A DNA stretch of 64,000 nucleotides from the human T2T-CHM13v2.0 reference genome, Homo sapiens (GCF_009914755.1 NC_060927.1), one strand, 5' to 3'; shown: positions 42,055-58,604, counted from the first letter of the stretch. Numbers and translations: made by a program. Notes: generated by a model not told the origin, from the letters alone.

Positions 42055-43689
42055 CTATATGAGGTATTTCCACACCAAATTTCTAAATCTATCCCCTCTA
42101 CAGCACGGTGAAGGCTATTATGTGAAGGCTTCATCCCCTCACAGATGAAGGCAAGGCTCAGCAGGTGTAGTGATTTGCTCAAGGAAGTGGGAGGGCGGCC
42201 ACAATTCTACCCAGGCCTTCAGTCTCCAAATTCAGTGTTCTCTTTCCACAGCTGCCTCCCAGCTGTGACAGGCTGGCATTCTCACAAGGAAGGTTCCTAT
42301 AGGCTAAGAGAACACACACACGAGGAAGCAGAGCTAGTCACACTTCCAAAGGTTCCGGCCTGGCCTCAGAGGCCTCCGTGTGGCTCAGGCTGCCCCCGGG
42401 CCTGGCGTGTGCTTCCCGCCTGAGGCTGCCCCAGGGCCTCAGAGCTGGTGTATTCTTTCTTCTCCTCCCTTGTCTGTCTGCAGACCCCATCCAGGGGAGA
42501 GCCCCTTCCATGGCCCTTGGAGAAACAGTGGTTAAGGAATGCTGGATCAACAGCTTTAGCCATGGGCCTGTGCCCAGGCAGGGGCCGTTTCCCATAGCAG
42601 ACTGACCCTCACTGTAGATCCCGCAACACCCCCTCCTGTGGATAGATCTCAGAACAAAAGAACACCCCTTTCCCCTTCTAGAGCGACCCAAACCCAGTAC
42701 CCACTCCACACTCAGTGCCTGGAAGTTGCTCCGCCCCACACCCCCACTCCAGCAAGGTAGGCCCACCCCCTACTTCTCCCTGACTAGGAAAGGGAGGAGA
42801 TAAAAATAAGGAGCTACAGAGACCACTAGAGGTGGAAGGAATGAGAACTAGGCAGAAGAGACCCCCCTCCAGTTACCTCCATGCACCTGAACACAGAAGG
42901 AGAATTCCATTCCTTGCGGTTGTGTTTAACTTGTCCAATGTGTCCCAGTGCCCATGGGAGTGAATGGGAACAAATACAGGGGGCTTGCCTGCCTCTAGAC
43001 ATTATGTGAAGGCCCCAAAAGACAGGAGCTATTTCTGGGGAGGGCTGGGAGACCCAGGATCCTCTAACTGAAGGAGGGGCAGACTCAGGGACCACATCCA
43101 GGCAAGCCAGGGCACGGGCCAGCGCTAGAGGACATAGCCCTGCTTTGCATATTTTATTATCAATAGTTCCTTCTTTCACTCTTGGTGTGACTCTATGACC
43201 AGTGGTTCTGCACATCCCCAGGTTTCGTAGATGAAGAAAGGATGACGTGCTGCCTGACAGCTTGCAATGAACTCAGCATCTAGAATTTTGCAGAGTGTTC
43301 CAGTGGAGTTCCCACGGGGAGCTGCTTTCCTTCAAGCCCAGCTTTGAGTAAGGGGAGCGGGGCAGTGGGACTCGCCACTGCCATGCTGTGCTCCAGCCAG
43401 GATGATCTCAGGGCACAGGGAGAGGCTTCGTGTCCGAAGAGTGTGGCAAAGGGCAGCCAACATCCTCCCCCTCCCTGCCCCCAACACACACACCCACAAT
43501 CGCACCCCATCAAGGGCAGTAGAATTAGCCATCCAACCAGAATGATGTCTTTATTGTTCCCAGGATATTCATCTTATCCGAGAATGATTCATGGCAGCTA
43601 TTATTTAAAATATTAAAAATATTCAAGGCTGGGCACAGTGACTCATGCCTGTAATCCCAGCACTTTGGGAGGCCGAGGCAGGTGGATCA

Positions 43690-43929
<240 letters not shown>

Positions 43930-44131
43930 TCAAGACGGTCAAAAGGAAAGATCAAAATATTATGAAGGATGAGGGAAACAAGCTGAGATAAACATACAGG
44001 GCCCTGAGCTTCCTGTCGGCTAAAATAAGAAGGAGGAAACAATGTGTTCCAGAATCCTCACTGAGAAGCAGAGAATTTTCCCGAGATCAGATTCTGAAAG
44101 GGATTTCTTGTGTGGACACAACTGCCAACAG

Positions 44132-44163
<32 letters not shown>

Positions 44164-47100
44164 GAGACAGAGTTTCACTCTTGTTGCCCAGGCTGGAGTG
44201 CAGTGGCACAATCAACTCACTGCAACCTCTATTTTCCGGTTTCAAGTGGTTCTCCTGCCTCAGCCTCCCAAGTAGCTGGGATTACAGGTGCCTGCCCCCA
44301 CGCCTGGCTAATTTTTGTATTTTGTATTTTCAGTAGAGACAGGGTTTCACCATGTTGGCCAGGCTGGTCTCGAACTCCTGACCTCATGATCTGCCCACCT
44401 TGGCTTCCCAAAGTGCTGGGTTACAGGTGTGAGCCACCACGTCTGGCCTGCCAACAGAGATTTTATGGAAGATGAAGTAGCAGGTTTCTTCATGTGCCCA
44501 TTTCCGAGAGTGACTCCAGGACTCGCCAAGGGTATTGAAACTGAAGGAGTGGTAGTCTTTCTCCAAGTACAACACGGCTCGGCTGGGGATTGAAGGGTAG
44601 AACCTGATCATACGTAGGCATGGCGGGATGGCATGTATGTTCCCAAGGTGTCACTTCTCTTAGCCAAACATTGTTTTGCTTATTATCTAAGTATGAATGC
44701 CAGCGATTATATCAAATGGTAGGTGGCTGGGATCCAGCCCCTGTATTTTGATCAGCTGTCAGGATCCCAGAGAAAATATACACAGAGGCTGCTCTAGCAA
44801 AACCCTTCTGTTGACGACTTCACGCCTTTGGCACTGAGAGGCAGCGTGGTGGGCTAGTCCGGAGAGTCTGGTGCCTGAAGACTCCTGTGGCTGGAGGAGT
44901 TGCCCAGGGCCCAGAAACTAGCAGCCCCAGGCCCACATCCTTATTACAATGGACCTTTAGATCTTACCACATCCTAGGAAAGGAAGGGAGATCGGAGATA
45001 GGGAATACCAAGGACAAGAGAGAAAGGGTGTCTCTGAATAACCCAGGGCAGGACTGGCCAGGTGCCATCCCTGGACTCCTAGGTCATGACCGAGAAACTC
45101 AGAGGAGGAGAAAGGGTGAGAAAAAGTGAGCAAGTTACTTAAAGTTTCTCTTCTCCTTTGGACTATAATCTCCCTGTGTCTTGTTTCTGGTCTCCTGTGC
45201 CCAGCAGAAGGTATGGGACCTAGTGACTGTTCAATAAATAGTTTTTGGGAAAAGAGCCCGAGGGGGCTGGAGTCCAGGTATTGGGAGGCTGAGGGAAGAG
45301 GCAGTTGGATCAGTAAGTCTGGAAGAAGTGGGGAGCTAAAGTTCCCGGAGGGCAGGCCACTCTCAGAGGCCCATGGGAATGACATCAGATGGAGACTCCC
45401 AGAGTGGGCCTCATGGCACCTTTATTCTCACCAGTGGTCAGAATGGCCCCAGGACTGCAGCCCACCAGATTCTTTGTCAAGGACACAAAAAATGAGTCAG
45501 AGAAGTCTCCCCCAGCCCCTAGCCCCGTGAACCAACCATTCCAGGCAACGTCAGTATCTCTGCCCCAACAGGTGTGTGCCCACGGTCCTAACTGCCTGGT
45601 GCTGGCCTGTCCTAGCTGGGTATGGAGCTCCCCTTTGAGAACAGGGCTGTGCCAGGTCTGCGGGAGACCAAGTACTAGCTCTGATGGTTCTCATTTGGAC
45701 AGCAGCCAGCTTAGTCCTCCTAAGCTGAGTCCACCTGAGCGGGTAGAAGGGAGTTTGCCTGAGCCAAGGAAGAATGCTGAATTCAGGCCACAGGCAGAAA
45801 GAAACAGGACACAGAAAAGATTCCAGGAAAAGAGGAAATCTGCTCCCAGTACACACCACCTCCCTAGTGGAAGCAAAGAGGAAGAGGCAGAGTTCTAGAG
45901 CCATGTCCCAAATGAGGTGAGCGGGATCCAGGTTTTTCAGGTCCTAGTTATGGACTCACACTAGTCATGGAGTTAGAGCTGGAAGAAATCTTAGAGGCAA
46001 TCTGATCTAGCACATGCATTTGATGAAATTGAATTTGCTGATGAAATTGAAGCTCAGGTCATGAGATGAGGAACAGCTTGAACTCTGGGAGCAGGCTGTT
46101 TGGGTTTGAATTCTGTGTGACTCACTTCATACTGGATATTGGCTTGAGACAAGTTAAATCTTCACGAGCCTTTCCTCATCAGCAAAATGTGCTTAATTAT
46201 AGCTACCTTGTAAAGTGGTTGAGAAAATCACGTAAGGCCATGCTAGAAGTACCTAGTACAGTGCTTAGCTTACAGGTGCCCCTGAGTTCTAGCCAAGAAA
46301 ACGAGCACAGAAGCGATGTCTAATGTTTTCAGGCCTGTTTCATAACACTTTCTGCTCAACATTCTGTGCTCTCTTCTCTGATCAGCACAGTGGATCCAGC
46401 AGAGAAGCTCAAATCTAGAGGTTTGCAGGGTGACCAGGAGGGAGACTGGGTTCCTGAACGCACGGGCAGAACCTTCATTCCACCCCTCCACAGACCACAC
46501 TGCTTTGCTACAGGAGTTTGGTTACTGTGGTAAACTGCTGAAAGTCTGGGCTTGTTTCTTACACCTGTTAGCCTACTCTACTTGGCAACAGAGAATTATG
46601 AGCTGGGAAAGCACAAAATGGCAAAATGGAAATTGCTTTTAAAAATCCAATTTAGGCTGGGCACAGTGACTCATGCCTGTAATCCCAGCAGTTTGAAGGG
46701 TCTCGTTCTGCTGACCTTGTTACCTTCTTGGAAGATAAATCTAGTGCCTCAGTAAAAGTGGTTACCGTTTAGATTGGAGCTGCCCAACAGAACTTCCTGC
46801 AATGATCGACACGTCCTATATCTGCACTGTACATTACTATGTTGTACAGGTCGCATACAGCTACTGAGCGCTTGAAATGTGACACTCTAGGAACTAAAGT
46901 TTTAACTTTAGAGTCAAGCTCCTGGGTTCTCACGACAGCACAGGTACTTTAGAAAAATTAGTATAATTTCTACTGATGGCCAGCAAACTAATACCAGTTT
47001 AAAAGCTTTCTTGGCTGCATTCAACACAATATAGTCAGAAACTTTAGAATGAGTACCCTTTGCTTTTTTTTTTTTTTTTTTTTGAGACGGAGTCTCACTC

Positions 47101-47644
47101 TGTCGCCCAGGCTGGTGTGCAATGGCACGATCTCAGCTCACCGCAACCTCCACCTCCGAGTTCAAGTGATTTTCCTGCCTCAGCCTCCTGAGTAGCTGGG
47201 ACTACAGGTGCCTGCCACCACGCCAGGCTAATTTTTGTATTTTTAGTAGAGACGGGGTTACTAATTTTCAATGGGTGAATCTGAATGAATTGGCTGAAAG
47301 GGTAATTATATTGTTTGAATTGCTAAGAATCCTCGATAAACTATTCATTTTAAATACATCTCACCACGACCACCCACCTCACCACAACCACTCACCTTTC
47401 CACTCCCCACCCTCTTATGGGCAGCCAAGGAGCTTTATTTGGGGACCATGTCCAGGAACACAGGCAGCGGGACTAAGGCCCACAGAGATGATTCCAGGTG
47501 TTCAGGGCCCCATGGCCCTTGCAACCAACCAGCTTTGCTACCAGTCCTTCCCAGATGCAACTCCATTGCTGGATATGCAGGTCCCAAAGCCATTCAGGGA
47601 TATCTCACTCCCTTCCCAGAGAATTGTTTGATACACGAAGAGTT

Positions 47645-49008
47645 TTACAAAATCCAAAATAATTTTATTCACATTTTCAGATTTTTGCTTCCACAAGGTG
47701 TTCAGCAAACATGCTAAGGCGACAGAATGTCTAGTTGGTCACGACATGCAACGCTGACCATTCAACTGATGACAGCAGTGACCACGCCCACCTGAGCTAC
47801 CAGCCCCACAGCACAAAGGGGGTTTGCGGGAACACACCAAACCACACAGCAACCAGCAACCTGAGGTAGGTCTCTTTACAGTACAAAAACTTCTACGCCA
47901 GTGTGAGACACTGATTAGCAAGAGCTGCTTAAAGTTGCAGACTTTGAGGGGAGAGAGAGAGAGAGACTGTGCGACGACTGCGGTGAGAAAGGAAAACAGA
48001 CCCACGAAATCCTGAGCCCTGCCACTGAACTGTGGAGGTGTGGGAATAGGCAAATGAAAAAGTGCCACCTCAAAAAGCAGCAGTTGGCTCCAGGGCTTGG
48101 AACCAACAGGTCTTGGAGCTGGAGAGCTCTGTGCAGTGGCCAGCCATAGGAACCTGAGGCAGTGGGACTCTCTGTGGATAGACTGATTCTTGTTTAGAAA
48201 CAACAGCAAAAAGAAGAAGGCAGGAAAGAAACTCCCCGGCTCGGAGGAATGTCTCTGTGATCCCCATTCTTGATGGAGGGAGTGAAAAGGGGCCTGGGCT
48301 TCGCCCCGCTGCTCTCCTGACAGAAACAGTAAGTGACACCAGGACAGAAGGCAGGAGCCCTGAGAACTCACGGCGCTCTGCATGGTCTCCAGCCGCCCAC
48401 CCGTCTCCAGCCACCCCTGGAGCGGCTGTGGGGAGGCGGCAGAGGGGGCTGTCGGAGGGCCCACTATTGCCACACGTCTTCCTTTGGACACCCAGAAAAC
48501 CTGGCACCGTGAAACCACCAGCTAGAGAAGAATGAAATGCTACTCTTCCTACAGTCTAATAGCAAAACCAGATCTCTAGTACAGCAAACTGTACAAAAAT
48601 GATAGAAAGGAATATGCACTGTTATTAGCACAGTGCTTATTTTAATATAAAATAAACAGCTTACATTTTCACTGTAAATATAGGCTATGTACAGAATTAT
48701 ATATAGATATAGCTACACGTATAAAGCTTCATTATAGGCCTCTGATACAATTATAATAACGGTTCCCTGAACCTTTTAGAGTGCAATTAAGAACAAAAAC
48801 TAAATTTTGTTTACATGAATATGGAATAAATACAATAATCAAAATATGACTCTCCCTAAAAGTGAAACACACAAGCCAATCCGGAACTGCTGTGCGAAAG
48901 ATAAAATCGAGAAAGGCAAGGTTTCGGTAGGAGGACGCGATGAGGGGCCCGCCCCAGGCAGGGAATGGCAATGCTCTAAAGAAAAGAGACTTCGTCAACA
49001 GGGAGGAG
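47645..49008 (-). other. ABCC5: ABCC5 3' UTR (about 1.36 kb)
   Basis: Repeat-free sequence between the TGA stop and the AATAAA. Confidence 0.85.
47664..47669 (-). terminator. ABCC5: ABCC5 distal polyadenylation signal AATAAA
   Basis: TTTATT on plus; U/GU-rich sequence downstream on minus. Confidence 0.8.
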
Positions 49009-49110
49009 TCAGCCCTTGACAGCGACCTTGTTCTCTGCAGCAGCAAACATGGCATAGAATCGGGAACTGTCGTTGGACAGAAGGACCGATGGGGTGTCAA
49101 ACTCCACCAC
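49009..49110 (-). CDS. ABCC5: ABCC5 (MRP5) last coding exon
   Basis: tttgcAG|VVEFDTPSVLLSNDSSRFYAMFAAAENKVAVKG*, the human MRP5 C-terminus. Confidence 0.95.
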   Translation of the reverse strand: MVEFDTPSVLLSNDSSRFYAMFAAAENKVAVKG

Positions 49111-49537
49111 CTGCAAAAGAAGGAGACGCCGTCAGGACACAGCTCTGGGTCATGCAGGGTGATTCAGAGGATCCACGGCTCAGTAAGTGCCAGTGCCCTC
49201 TGAGGGTAGAATCTGGGGACAATTCAACTAGCCCTGCGTGCACCTCCCCCCTTATTTTTTTATTTTCAACTATCCAGGGAGTAAGGGAAAGGACAGAGAA
49301 AATGACTTCCAGCATTTTTGTAGTATGTGGTTTTGCCTAATAAAGTAGTATCATAGCAAAAAAAAAAAAAGAAAACGACTTCCAGACCTCCTTCACATAA
49401 ATCCAAATTCCTTCAGCCTTGGGAGTGAAGGAACCAACCAACCAGGTCTATAAACTGCAGGAGGCTGGTGGCTCACGCCTGTAATCTCAACACTTTGGGA
49501 GGCTGAGGTGGGCAGACTGCCTGAGGTGAGGAGTTCA

Positions 49538-50059
<522 letters not shown>

Positions 50060-51091
50060 TCAAAAAAATAAATAAATAAATAAACAAAATAAAATAAATA
50101 AACTGCAGGGGAGAGAAGTTGCAGCTCAAGTCAAGGGCACACCAGACAAATGCCATTTTGTTATGCAAGCTGATCTAACCTTATAGAGGGAAATGGAAGA
50201 GCTCAGAATGTCTAGTTGTCAGGGGAGAAAAAGGAAGTCAGGGAGTGACTTAGTCAGGTGGCCATTCCTATGATGGACTTCTATGTAGCCGTGGAAAATC
50301 ATGTGGCAGCAGAACCCTGAATGATACGCTGGCAGAACCCACCTCCTGTGGCAGAGGCTGAAATGCATGTACTCAACTTTCTCAGCCGCCCCCGCCACAG
50401 GGCAAAGGCATGGAACATAACCTTGTTTAAGGAGATGTAAGAGGAAGTCTCCTTGGTGCTTTAGGAGAGGGTGTCCTGCTCAGTGGACAGGCCACAAGGA
50501 GAACATAAGCGTGTCCTTCCTTTGGACACGTGTCCTTCCTTTGGTTGGGTGCTTGAGCAGGCATCCTGTACCAGCAGGGGAAGGTGAGTACTGGCTGAGA
50601 GTGATACAGAGCCCCACACTGCTGAGCTGCACAAAAACCAACCCATGTGGGATAACAAAATCCCATCCTCCAAACCCCTTTTAGTCTGGTATTTTGTGTC
50701 TGCGGCAGAGAGCATCCCATCTGTTGGAGTCTGTGTGTGCAGATGCAAGAAAAACACAGCTGGGTTAAGTCAGTGTATTACAATGCTCGTCTCTGGGGGT
50801 AAATGGCTTATCATCCTGTTTTTGCCTTTATGCTTTTCTGGTGTGTGTGTGGTTTTTTTTTTTTAGGCTTTCCTGAAATTACAAGGAAATTTTAATTAGC
50901 AAGAAAAAAATTAAGGGAAGAGAAGGATAGAGTCCCTCATAAAGAGTGAATGGGCTCCCCACTCCAAAACATCAAGCCACCCATCGAAAGAAAGGGGTCT
51001 CAATTTGTGTTCTTAAGAAAAAATTTCCAGCTGGGCACAGTAGCTTGTGCCTGTAATCCCAGCACTTTGGGAGGCTGAGGTGGGCGGATTA

Positions 51092-51355
<264 letters not shown>

Positions 51356-51718
51356 CTATTATACCTTACTAGGCTCTATTTTAACACCTACTTACAAAGT
51401 AGTAGCTCAACGTATCTTATGTATGACAGAATCTCAGTCAACACTTAGTTTAAGGCAAACAAAGATAGTCACAAAAAACACTAGTGTGAAAATAATTTCA
51501 AGATGAGGAGAAAAATCCTTAGCCCCCAAGTTCTCTCAATTCAGCTTTGAAGCCCAGGCTGAACCTGCCCTATTTAACCTTTTCTCAATATTTCTCCACA
51601 ATTTAGACAGTGTGCTGGCAGTGCGGTTGCTGGCCTGAGTCCTGTCCCATCTCCTCCGCTTCCTTTTTTTTTAAATCCCACCAATTTTTACTGTTTGCTT
51701 TTTTTTTTTTTGACATGA

Positions 51719-51916
<198 letters not shown>

Positions 51917-52816
51917 TGAACGCCTGAGCTCAGGCAATCTGCCCGCCTCGGCCTCCCAAACTGCTGGGATTACAGGCATGAGCCACCGTGCCCGGCCTAC
52001 TCCACTTCCTATGGACTTTCCCTGAGACTTTGTCTCCTCATCTGTAAAGCAGAATCCAGGCTATGTCTTTCTCTAGGTTGTTGTGATGACTGATGGTATG
52101 TTGAGAGATTATATGTAAAGCACTAAGCACAGTGCCTGACACACAGTAAACATTCAGTAGAAGTAGCTATTATAGTAGCTGTCACTGTGGGAGCTTCTAC
52201 AATAGAAGACATGTTACCCATTATAAATGGCTTGCTATTTCCTCCAAATTATTAATTTACTTGTATCCTAGGGGCATGCAAAAGAGGTATTTGTCTAACA
52301 TAAATGTACTTAACATCACCTGTATAAAGAACTGTAGTACTAAGCACTGCTGGGGCCCTAAAGATGAATGAGCGGTGACTCTGCCCTCAGAGAGCGTTCA
52401 GGGAGTTCTCTAGGGAGACAGGGCATTGCACAATTCCTATCAACTGAGACAGAAGAGCTACAAGAGAGGTACAGATACAGTCTAGGGCGGCTGAGGCAGC
52501 CAGGGGGTTTCATGGAGGCTTTGGCATCTGGGCCATGTCATTCTTCAGGGACAGGCAGGTTGAGAGCAGGTGGATATGGGAGAGAGAAGGGCAAAGGGCC
52601 TTTTAGGTAGATGGAACTATCTGACTAAAGACAGATAAAAGGCTTGGAGAATGCAAGATGTCTATAGCCAACCGCACCTGCAAGGGAAGAGTGGAAAATG
52701 AAGAAGGCAAGGCTAGGGCCAGGCTGTGGGAACGCCTGAAACAACAGGGTAAGAAGTTTGGTGCCGCTACGTGATTGCAAAAAAGCAAACATGTGCTGGC
52801 TGGTCTCAGTAGGCCT

Positions 52817-52990
52817 CCGGGAGCGGTAATCATTGTGTATGTGAATGAATCACTAAGTACATGTACCAGGGATGATAATTGTGTATGTGAATGAATCACA
52901 AGTATCTATACTCTCTGGCCTAAGTATGCCAGGGGTGATCATTGTGTATGTGAATGAATCACTAAGTACATGTACTCTCTGACTTAAGTC
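52817..52990. repeat. Three-copy imperfect direct repeat (about 50-63 bp unit) in the last ABCC5 intron
   Basis: Core ATTGTGTATGTGAATGAATCAC at about 52832, 52878 and 52941. Confidence 0.9.
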
Positions 52991-53004
52991 AGTGTCGCTA
53001 CTCA

Positions 53005-53439
<435 letters not shown>

Positions 53440-53460
53440 TTAGCATTCTGGTTAATCTAG

Positions 53461-53640
<180 letters not shown>

Positions 53641-53968
53641 TGAGTAGCTGGGACTACAGGCGCCCGCCACCACGCCCAGCTAATTTTTTGTATTTTTAGT
53701 AGAGACGGGGTTTCACCATGTTAGCCAGGATGGTCTCGACCTCCTGACCTTGCGATCCACCTGCCTCGGCCTCCCAAAGTGCTGGGATTACAGGCTTGAG
53801 CCACCGTGCCCAGCCTATTGTTTTTTTTTTTTTTTTTTCTAAGAAAGCACGCATATATGTAAAAACATCCTTTTGCTTAGAAGTGATACAATTTCAAAAC
53901 CATGTTTGCCTTGATTTCCAAAACAGCATATTTGTAAAATACTGATCTAGGCTGAGCGCAGTGGCTCA

Positions 53969-54381
<413 letters not shown>

Positions 54382-54507
54382 TTATAAAATGAAGGGGCTG
54401 GATTGGATGACCTTAAAGTCTCTTGCAATTTTAAAATCTATGTCGGCCAGACACGGTGGCTCACGCCTGTAATCCCAGCACTTTGGGAGGCCAAAGCGGG
54501 CAGATCA

Positions 54508-54863
<356 letters not shown>

Positions 54864-55009
54864 TCAGGGTTAGAGTTATCTCTGGTCATGCTCTTAGAAA
54901 GTGCCAACAGGGATCAGAGCCAGGAATACCTTTGGACCCCAGTGTGTCAGGGCAAGGCTGCACTAAAACATTCCCATTCTCTGCTGCTGCCAACCCCAAA
55001 CTGCCTTAC

Positions 55010-55123
55010 CTTACAGTGGCGGAGCAGGGCTCTAGCTATGCACAAGAGCTGCCGTTCCCCCACTGAGAAGTTATCCCCATTCTCCATCACTTCAGATTCA
55101 AGTTTCAGAGGTAGCTGAGCAAT
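55010..55123 (-). CDS. ABCC5: ABCC5 exon with the NBD2 ABC signature
   Basis: ctAG|[38 protein letters not shown]|GTAAGG; 114 nt. Confidence 0.96.
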
Positions 55124-55917
55124 CTAGGGAGAAAGAAACTAGAGATCAGAGGGGTAAGAAACTAAGCTGAATTTCCTGAAAATCCAAGGACAGAAAGAAA
55201 TGATTCTGAAAGCGATGAAAGAACTATTAGCCAAGAACCTGTCTCATCTGGAATGAAGGTGCAGGTGTACTGATCATGCGTGCTAGGACCCACTTCCAAG
55301 GCAGTCCCTGATTCCAATAGACTATTCTGTTAGCTTTATACCATTAAAACATCCCAGAAATCCCAACGCTTTCATGTCCCCAAAATCCAGTCACATAGTG
55401 GGCCTTAAGTTTTGGTTCTGAAAATATGGTCTTGCAATAGGAAATAGTATAGTAAGGAAAAGTACTCTCCTTCTGAAGTCCAAAGCCGTAGGCCCGTGCC
55501 TGTGAAACATTTTTTGTAAGCTGCAGAACTTATTCTTCAAATGAGAAGAATCCTGATAGAGCAGAGGAAAAAACAGAACTCATCTACTAATAGTTGAATT
55601 AGGGCAGGGGATCCTGGATCCTGACTCAACCCAGGCATAACAGAAGCCTCACCCTAGGCCAGTGGTATCAACCTGTAGACTGCAGCTGCTCGTGAGGGCC
55701 TGTGAGGGCCTACTGAGTTGTCCCAAAATGTCTGTGGTCCATGGTCCATATGCACACTGTGTGCTTTCTGCAGACTCAATATGTTATGTATCTTTTTTTT
55801 TTTTTTTTGAGACTGAGTTTTGCTCTTGTTGCCCAGGCTGGAGTGCAGTGGTGCGCTCTCGCTCACTGCAACCTCTGTCTCCTGGGCTCAAGCGATTCTC
55901 CTGTCTCAGCCTCCTGA

Positions 55918-56148
<231 letters not shown>

Positions 56149-56425
56149 TAATAAATTAAAAGCATCACTTAATTCTAAGTAGTTGTCATTACTATCTTCA
56201 ATCAATGGATAGTGCAAGGCCAATATGACCGTAGGCAGTGTGGGCGGTGGGGTTGAGAGGGATCAGCTTTTCCCAGGTATCTGAAAGACTTGGAGAGCCC
56301 TGCCACGAAGCCTTTGTCCACAGGCATCCTGGAGGCACGGCCAGAGCAGACGGGGTGTGGCAAGGGCACTGCTGTGCTTCCACCCTCACCATCTCAGCAC
56401 GGCTTCCCCTAAGCTCTTCACTTAC

Positions 56426-56504
56426 ACATTCTTTCATGTGTGTCCTCTCCAGGGCATCCCAAATCTGGTCTTCAGTGTACTGGTTGAAGGGGTCCAAATT
56501 TGAT
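56426..56504 (-). CDS. ABCC5: ABCC5 exon (NBD2, after the Q-loop)
   Basis: ctAG|(R)SNLDPFNQYTEDQIWDALERTHMKEC|GTAAGT; 79 nt, phase-2 acceptor. Confidence 0.95.
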
Positions 56505-56910
56505 CTAGGGAGAAACACAGGAATTTCTCAGTGGTCCCACCCTAAGCGACCCATTGGCAAAGGCTGTCTGTGGAAGATGTTTAACACACATGCATAGGGA
56601 GAGAAGACTCCAAACCCTGATGGTCACAGACGGCTCATTCCACAACCAGACAGATGGGAGCTCTGACAGCACACTGGGCCACCTCCTCAGCTCCATAAAA
56701 CTTGATTTATTCTTTTACTATTTTTACTATGTAAATAATACTAGTTATAGAACAATTTATAAAAGCAAATATCGGCAAATATCCTTCTAGATTTTTTCCT
56801 GTGCGTGTATTTGTTAAAATACATCTTTCGGCTGGGTGCAATGGCTCATGTTTGTAATCCCAGCACTTTGGGAGGCCGAGGCGGGTGGATTACTTGAGGT
56901 CAGGAGTTCA

Positions 56911-57162
<252 letters not shown>

Positions 57163-58099
57163 TTAGAAATGCACCCTCTTTCTCTTGGTTTACCTGGTTC
57201 ACAACCCTGTAATTGAGTATGGGGCTCCAGGACAGCTGGCCTGACCAGGGAAAGAAACTGATCCAGTAGAAGGGAAGAGGAAGAAGGAGAGAAAGAATAA
57301 AGGACAAGTCAAGAAAAAGGAATTTTCCTGGCACAGAAGACCAGTTTGGGGACCATTTTTGCTTACTGTGCCAACAGTATCTACCTCAAGGAAATCAGAG
57401 TTGATACCAAAAGAACGAGACTAGAAATTTTTTTTTTTACAGGCGCATGCCACGTAATTTTTGTGTTTTTTGTAGAGATGGGGTTTTGCCATGTTGCCCA
57501 GGCTGGTCTCAAATTCCAGTGCTCAAGCTCAAGTGATGAGCCTACCTGGGCCTCCCAAAATGCTGGGATTACAGGCATGAGCCACTGTGCCCGGCCAGGA
57601 CTAGAAATGTTTAGGACAGGAGAAAATTATCTTTGCCACTGAGGATGAGGGTGGAGAATTGGTGGTGGAACAGGTATTTGGTGGAAAACTGGGATGTTAC
57701 AGTAATTTTGGACGGCTTGTCTTGATCTACACATAACATTTGGAGGTCTAGTAATCTGAAAAGTATATTTGCTTTGCTCATAAAATTATGCCTGGCATGT
57801 GGGAAACAGGAAACTCTCTGGGAGAAACATGGACTTTTACTCTATGCCACACACCTGTCTCCATATCTGGGGTTACTAATTACAGGCATGCAAATACAAT
57901 CACGTCATTATCACAGAACTCTAGTGAGAGGACAGCAGGCCGGCACCGCCTCATTCCTGCTATCTGGGCATCTCTCGATCTCCTGGGAGATTCTGACCCG
58001 CCTTGCTCTCCAGCGCCTCTTGCCCTTTGCACGGCGTTTTTCCCGCTTGGAACATGCTCGCTTCTCACTACCCTTGGCCCAGGAAGTGTTGTTTAATAT

Positions 58100-58560
58100 G
58101 GTACAGTTTAATGGGTTGACCTGTGTCTCCCCAAAAGACACCTAAGTACCTAAGAATGTGACCTTATTTGGAAATAGGGTAATTTGCAGATGTAATTAGT
58201 TAAGATGAGGTCATACCAGAGTAATAGAGAAGGGTGGGCCCTTAATCCCATATGACTGGTCCTTATGAGAGATGGCCACGTGAAGGCAGAGAAACACTGG
58301 GAGGGCATCATGTGACAATGGAGGCAGAGGCCAGAGGGATGCATCCAAAGCCAAGGAATGCCAAAGATGGCCACAACTACCAGAAGCTGGAAGAGGCAAG
58401 GAAGCGTCCTTCCCTATAGGGTTCAGTGGCAGCATGGCCCAAATGACACTTTGATTTTAGACTTCCAGCCCCCGGAACTGTGAGATAGTACATTTCTGTT
58501 GTTTGAAGCCATCCAGTTTGTGGCTTAAACTGTTTATGACAGCCCCAGGAAACACATACA
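58100..58560 (+). mobile_element. MaLR LTR (MLT1C/D-like)
   Basis: GAATGTGACCTTATTTGGAAATAGGG..TTTGCAGATGTAATTAGTTAAGATGAGGTCATAC...GAACTGTGAGA. Confidence 0.8.
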
Positions 58561-58604
58561 GCAAGTAAGTCCATCAGATGCCTCTGGATCAAAGAGCAGG
58601 CATG

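Noticed and set aside
47739-48518. 259-aa minus-strand ORF in the ABCC5 3' UTR
   Set aside because: No recognisable domain, non-ATG start and composition typical of a chance open frame in GC-rich UTR.
48631-48636. CAGTGC as an iron-responsive element in the ABCC5 UTR
   Set aside because: The hexamer lies in the stem rather than the apical loop, and there is no C-bulge geometry.
52817-52990. CRISPR-like repeat-spacer appearance
   Set aside because: Only three copies, the intervening parts are related to each other rather than unique spacers, there are no cas genes, and the context is a mammalian intron.
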